Shown here piece after piece: positions 61,066 to 64,000 of a stretch of DNA of 64,000 bases. Position numbers and translations under genes: made by a program. A model generated the notes under the pieces. The model was not told the DNA's origin. It made no database searches and saw only the letters and a program-made list of their open reading frames with translations. How positions within the stretch are numbered: position 1 is the first letter of the stretch; the number at the start of each line of letters is the position of its first letter. The stretch comes from the human T2T-CHM13v2.0 reference genome, Homo sapiens. The DNA lies in the NCBI RefSeq assembly GCF_009914755.1, contig NC_060933.1. One strand, given 5' to 3'.

Positions 61066-62509
61066 AGTGGGTTGGCAGAGGCTGCAAGCTCTTCCGAAAT
61101 ATTCTTCATAGCTTTAAGCAAGCTAATAAATGAAATGTCTCCTTACCTGCACAGAAACAGTTTCTGACAAATTAACGGACTGGAGGCCATTAAAGGGTAA
61201 AAGGCAATAGGGTGCTCAGGAGGTAAGCAAGAAAAAGGAAAAGATGGGGAAGGACTGAAACCCTGGAAGAGAAAGAACATGGTTATGTGCTGTTGGAGGC
61301 TGCCTGCACCAATGCCATTTGGTCACACATGCCCTCAGGGCTGGCCATGTTGGACATGCTCTAGATTGAACACTCTGCTCATTAACTGGTTGCAATGCTC
61401 CCCTCCTCCCCACAAAGCCCCTTTGTTCTTCTCTTTGAGGCAAACAAGTTCATTTGACTTCGGATCTCATCTGGAGTTGAAGTAGCTGACATCTACTTTG
61501 TTACAGAAGCAGCTGCTGAGGCAGCAGGACAGCTGAAGCCCTGAAATGCCCGGGGTGGTGGGAACCAGACCTCTTAGAGTAAGAGCAAAGGCCGGGTAGG
61601 GCTAGTCTTCATGATGGGCATGCAGGGAAATCACAGGGACAGACTCAAATGTCTACAGGGCCACACAGATGATGCAAATGAGTGAAGCAAGCCAGGTAGA
61701 AGAAAAAGCAATATATAGTAGTTACAGAACAGCACAAGCGCCAACGCCAAACAAATCCAGGGGAAGGCGGTTGCAGGCTCTCACTTTGCAATCTCATCTC
61801 TAAAGCAAAGGACAGGGCACATTAGTGGATGTAAAGAGTGGGCTGGCTGTCAGTCACCCTGCTAGATGTGGGTTTGGGGGAGGAGAGGCTGTAGCCTTAC
61901 TGTCATTCTCCAAACACTAAGCCCATGCCTGGGACACTATAGGTGCTTAGAACACTGTTTAAGAATGTCGTAGAGAGGATACACAGCCAGCCGAGGCCTC
62001 TGCACTTTTTGTCGTCTTGCCCTCTGCCCCACTTTCACCCAAAGTTGTCTCAAAACCCACATATTTCACTTTTTGCCACTTCGATCCTATGAGTCACCAA
62101 CTTCACACTCTATCAGAATCATGACATGGCCCATGAATTTTAACTCTCAAGTTCGTCTACGACTTCTCAAAACCCCTCGGCCTCACTGGCCTGTAGGTGA
62201 CCTCTCGTGGTGAAAGAGGGTAACTGCACAGTGAAGAACCTTTTACATCCGAAAAATTCGATTCATATCAATTCAATCAATAGTTATAAAGTGTCCGAGG
62301 AAGAAGAAAAAATAAAAGTAGGGGACCTTTAAAACAAATCGTAACTTTTTCAAAAAAGGAATACTTTGAGGTGGATAGAAACACGGAAAGAAGGCTTACA
62401 TTGGGACAGAGGAGATATAATTTTCTAATTCATGTTTTTCTAACTTATTTCCCAGGATTGCTGAAAAATTGGAACTGAGTTTTCCAATCATTTAGTACAG
62501 GCTTTCGAT

Positions 62510-62690
62510 CCTAAAGATATGGCACAGAATCTGGAGTCTGGTATACATAATATGTGCAAATTTGAGGCACATCATTTAAAGTTTCTGAGACTCAGTTTCT
62601 ACATCTGAAAAATGGGAATAATACCAGTTCCACTTAACTTCTATGATTGTTATGAGGTCTAAATTAGATGAGATATGTACAGTGTTTTCT
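62510..62690 (+). mobile_element. MIR
   Basis: tctgagactcagtttctacatctgaaaaatgggaataata. Confidence 0.65.
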
Positions 62691-63129
62691 GTATTGGACC
62701 TTATAATCTTTTGGTTCATGATATATTCTCATCAGTCCTCATGCAGCTTGCTTTCATTTATTTAGCTGTTTTATTATAAACTGTACTTGTAACTGTAAAG
62801 TGTTGTGCACATATTAACTTAGGGATGCAGTGATAAAAATAATAAACTTGATGGAAAATTATGCAATTTCTTTCCATGATATAAACATGAGTTAGATTGA
62901 GTTCTTCTTCCTCCTTTCCTTTTAAATGCTCTCTGGAATTTTTCTCATCCTCTTTCTCAAATCAATTCAGTCATCCTTTATTTTATTTTTTTACCTCTTC
63001 TGTATTCAGTTTGTTCCCATATTATTTTATAAGTGCCCTTCAATTAATTCATTAATGTAGGTTCTTATTTGAAATAATACAAAGAGAAATCATGTATTAT
63101 GGTAGAGGGTTGGAGCAAATTACCTTTAA

Positions 63130-63460
63130 GTCACTCATTCATCCATTCATTCTGTAAATATTTAGTAAGCTTCTATTATATGGCATTGTGATAAGCACGA
63201 GGGATATAAAGTGAATAAAATGAACAAGGTCTTTGCCCTCATGGAACTTACCCTGAGGAATTTACAATAGAAATAATTAAACATATCCTGTGAGCTCTGA
63301 GAAGTGCTGTAAAGAGAATAAACAAGGGTGAAGATACAGGAGATGGGAGAGTGAGCATGTAGTTATCTGGGGAAAAGCATTCCATACAAAGTGAACAGCA
63401 AGTTCTAAAGTCCTGAGGTGGGAGCAAAGAGGAGCATCATACAGTCCTCTACCATGTGTA
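63130..63460 (+). mobile_element. L2 fragment
   Basis: cattcatccattcatt...aaatatttag...gccctcatggaactta. Confidence 0.65.
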
Positions 63461-63862
63461 AGTAATTTATTGGACATCTCATGGATGTATGTGTACAGTC
63501 TATCAATATGCATACATAGATATGTATAAACATAGATATATGTATAAATATATAAGTAAATATACATAAAATACATACATTATATGAATATCTTAAAACC
63601 TTATCAGGAGCGTGTTAAACCTTAGCTATGAGAAAAAATAGTATTGACATATCCTGCCTTCAGATAAAGTTCATTAAACATATTTTTGGGACAAGAAAAA
63701 ATCTGGAAAAGTAATTTAATGGATACTTTTTGGATGGCCTTGGTGACAGATTTCCAGGAATGAGGTCACGGCTGCTTTGTTAACACTGCTATACATTGTC
63801 ACTTGTAACAGCATATGTAGCTTCACAACTTAACATCAATATTTTAAAAAGTAAAATAATCT

Positions 63863-64000
63863 GGCTGGGCGCGGTGGCTCATGCCTGTAATCCCAGCACT
63901 TTGGGAGGCTGAGGTGGGCGGAACATGAGGTCAGGAGTTCGAGACCAGCCTGTCCAACATGGTGAAACCCTGTCTCTACTAAAGATACAAAAAATTAGCT
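63863..64000 (+). mobile_element. Alu left arm, running off the window end
   Basis: ggctgggcgcggtggctcatgcctgtaatcccagc... Confidence 0.92.

Overview
Human (primate) genomic DNA lying inside the APBA1 (Mint1/X11-alpha) gene, which runs on the minus strand. The only host coding sequence I can find is the 1,269-nt first coding exon (28628-29896: 69 nt of 5'UTR plus codons 1-400), set in a CpG island. The rest is intronic and rich in transposable elements: a full-length but inactivated L1PA2 inserted into an Alu tail, an L1-in-L1 nested insertion, older L1/HAL1/L2/MIR relics, Alus, MaLR and ERV1 solo LTRs, DNA-transposon MITEs and microsatellites. I see no evidence of a wholly new biological system. 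The best leads are: (1) the L1PA2 antisense promoter points down the APBA1 gene just after the exon encoding the Munc18/CASK-binding region (an L1-MET-like arrangement); (2) a well-formed plus-strand terminal exon (acceptor plus AATAAA) suggests an antisense lncRNA; (3) a 4-codon uORF, and possible circRNA or intronic-polyadenylation products of the large exon; (4) several nested insertions and re-used target sites, including shared variants that hint at gene conversion. Repeat subfamily names come from visual recall of consensus sequences, not from a database search, and boundaries of old repeats are approximate.
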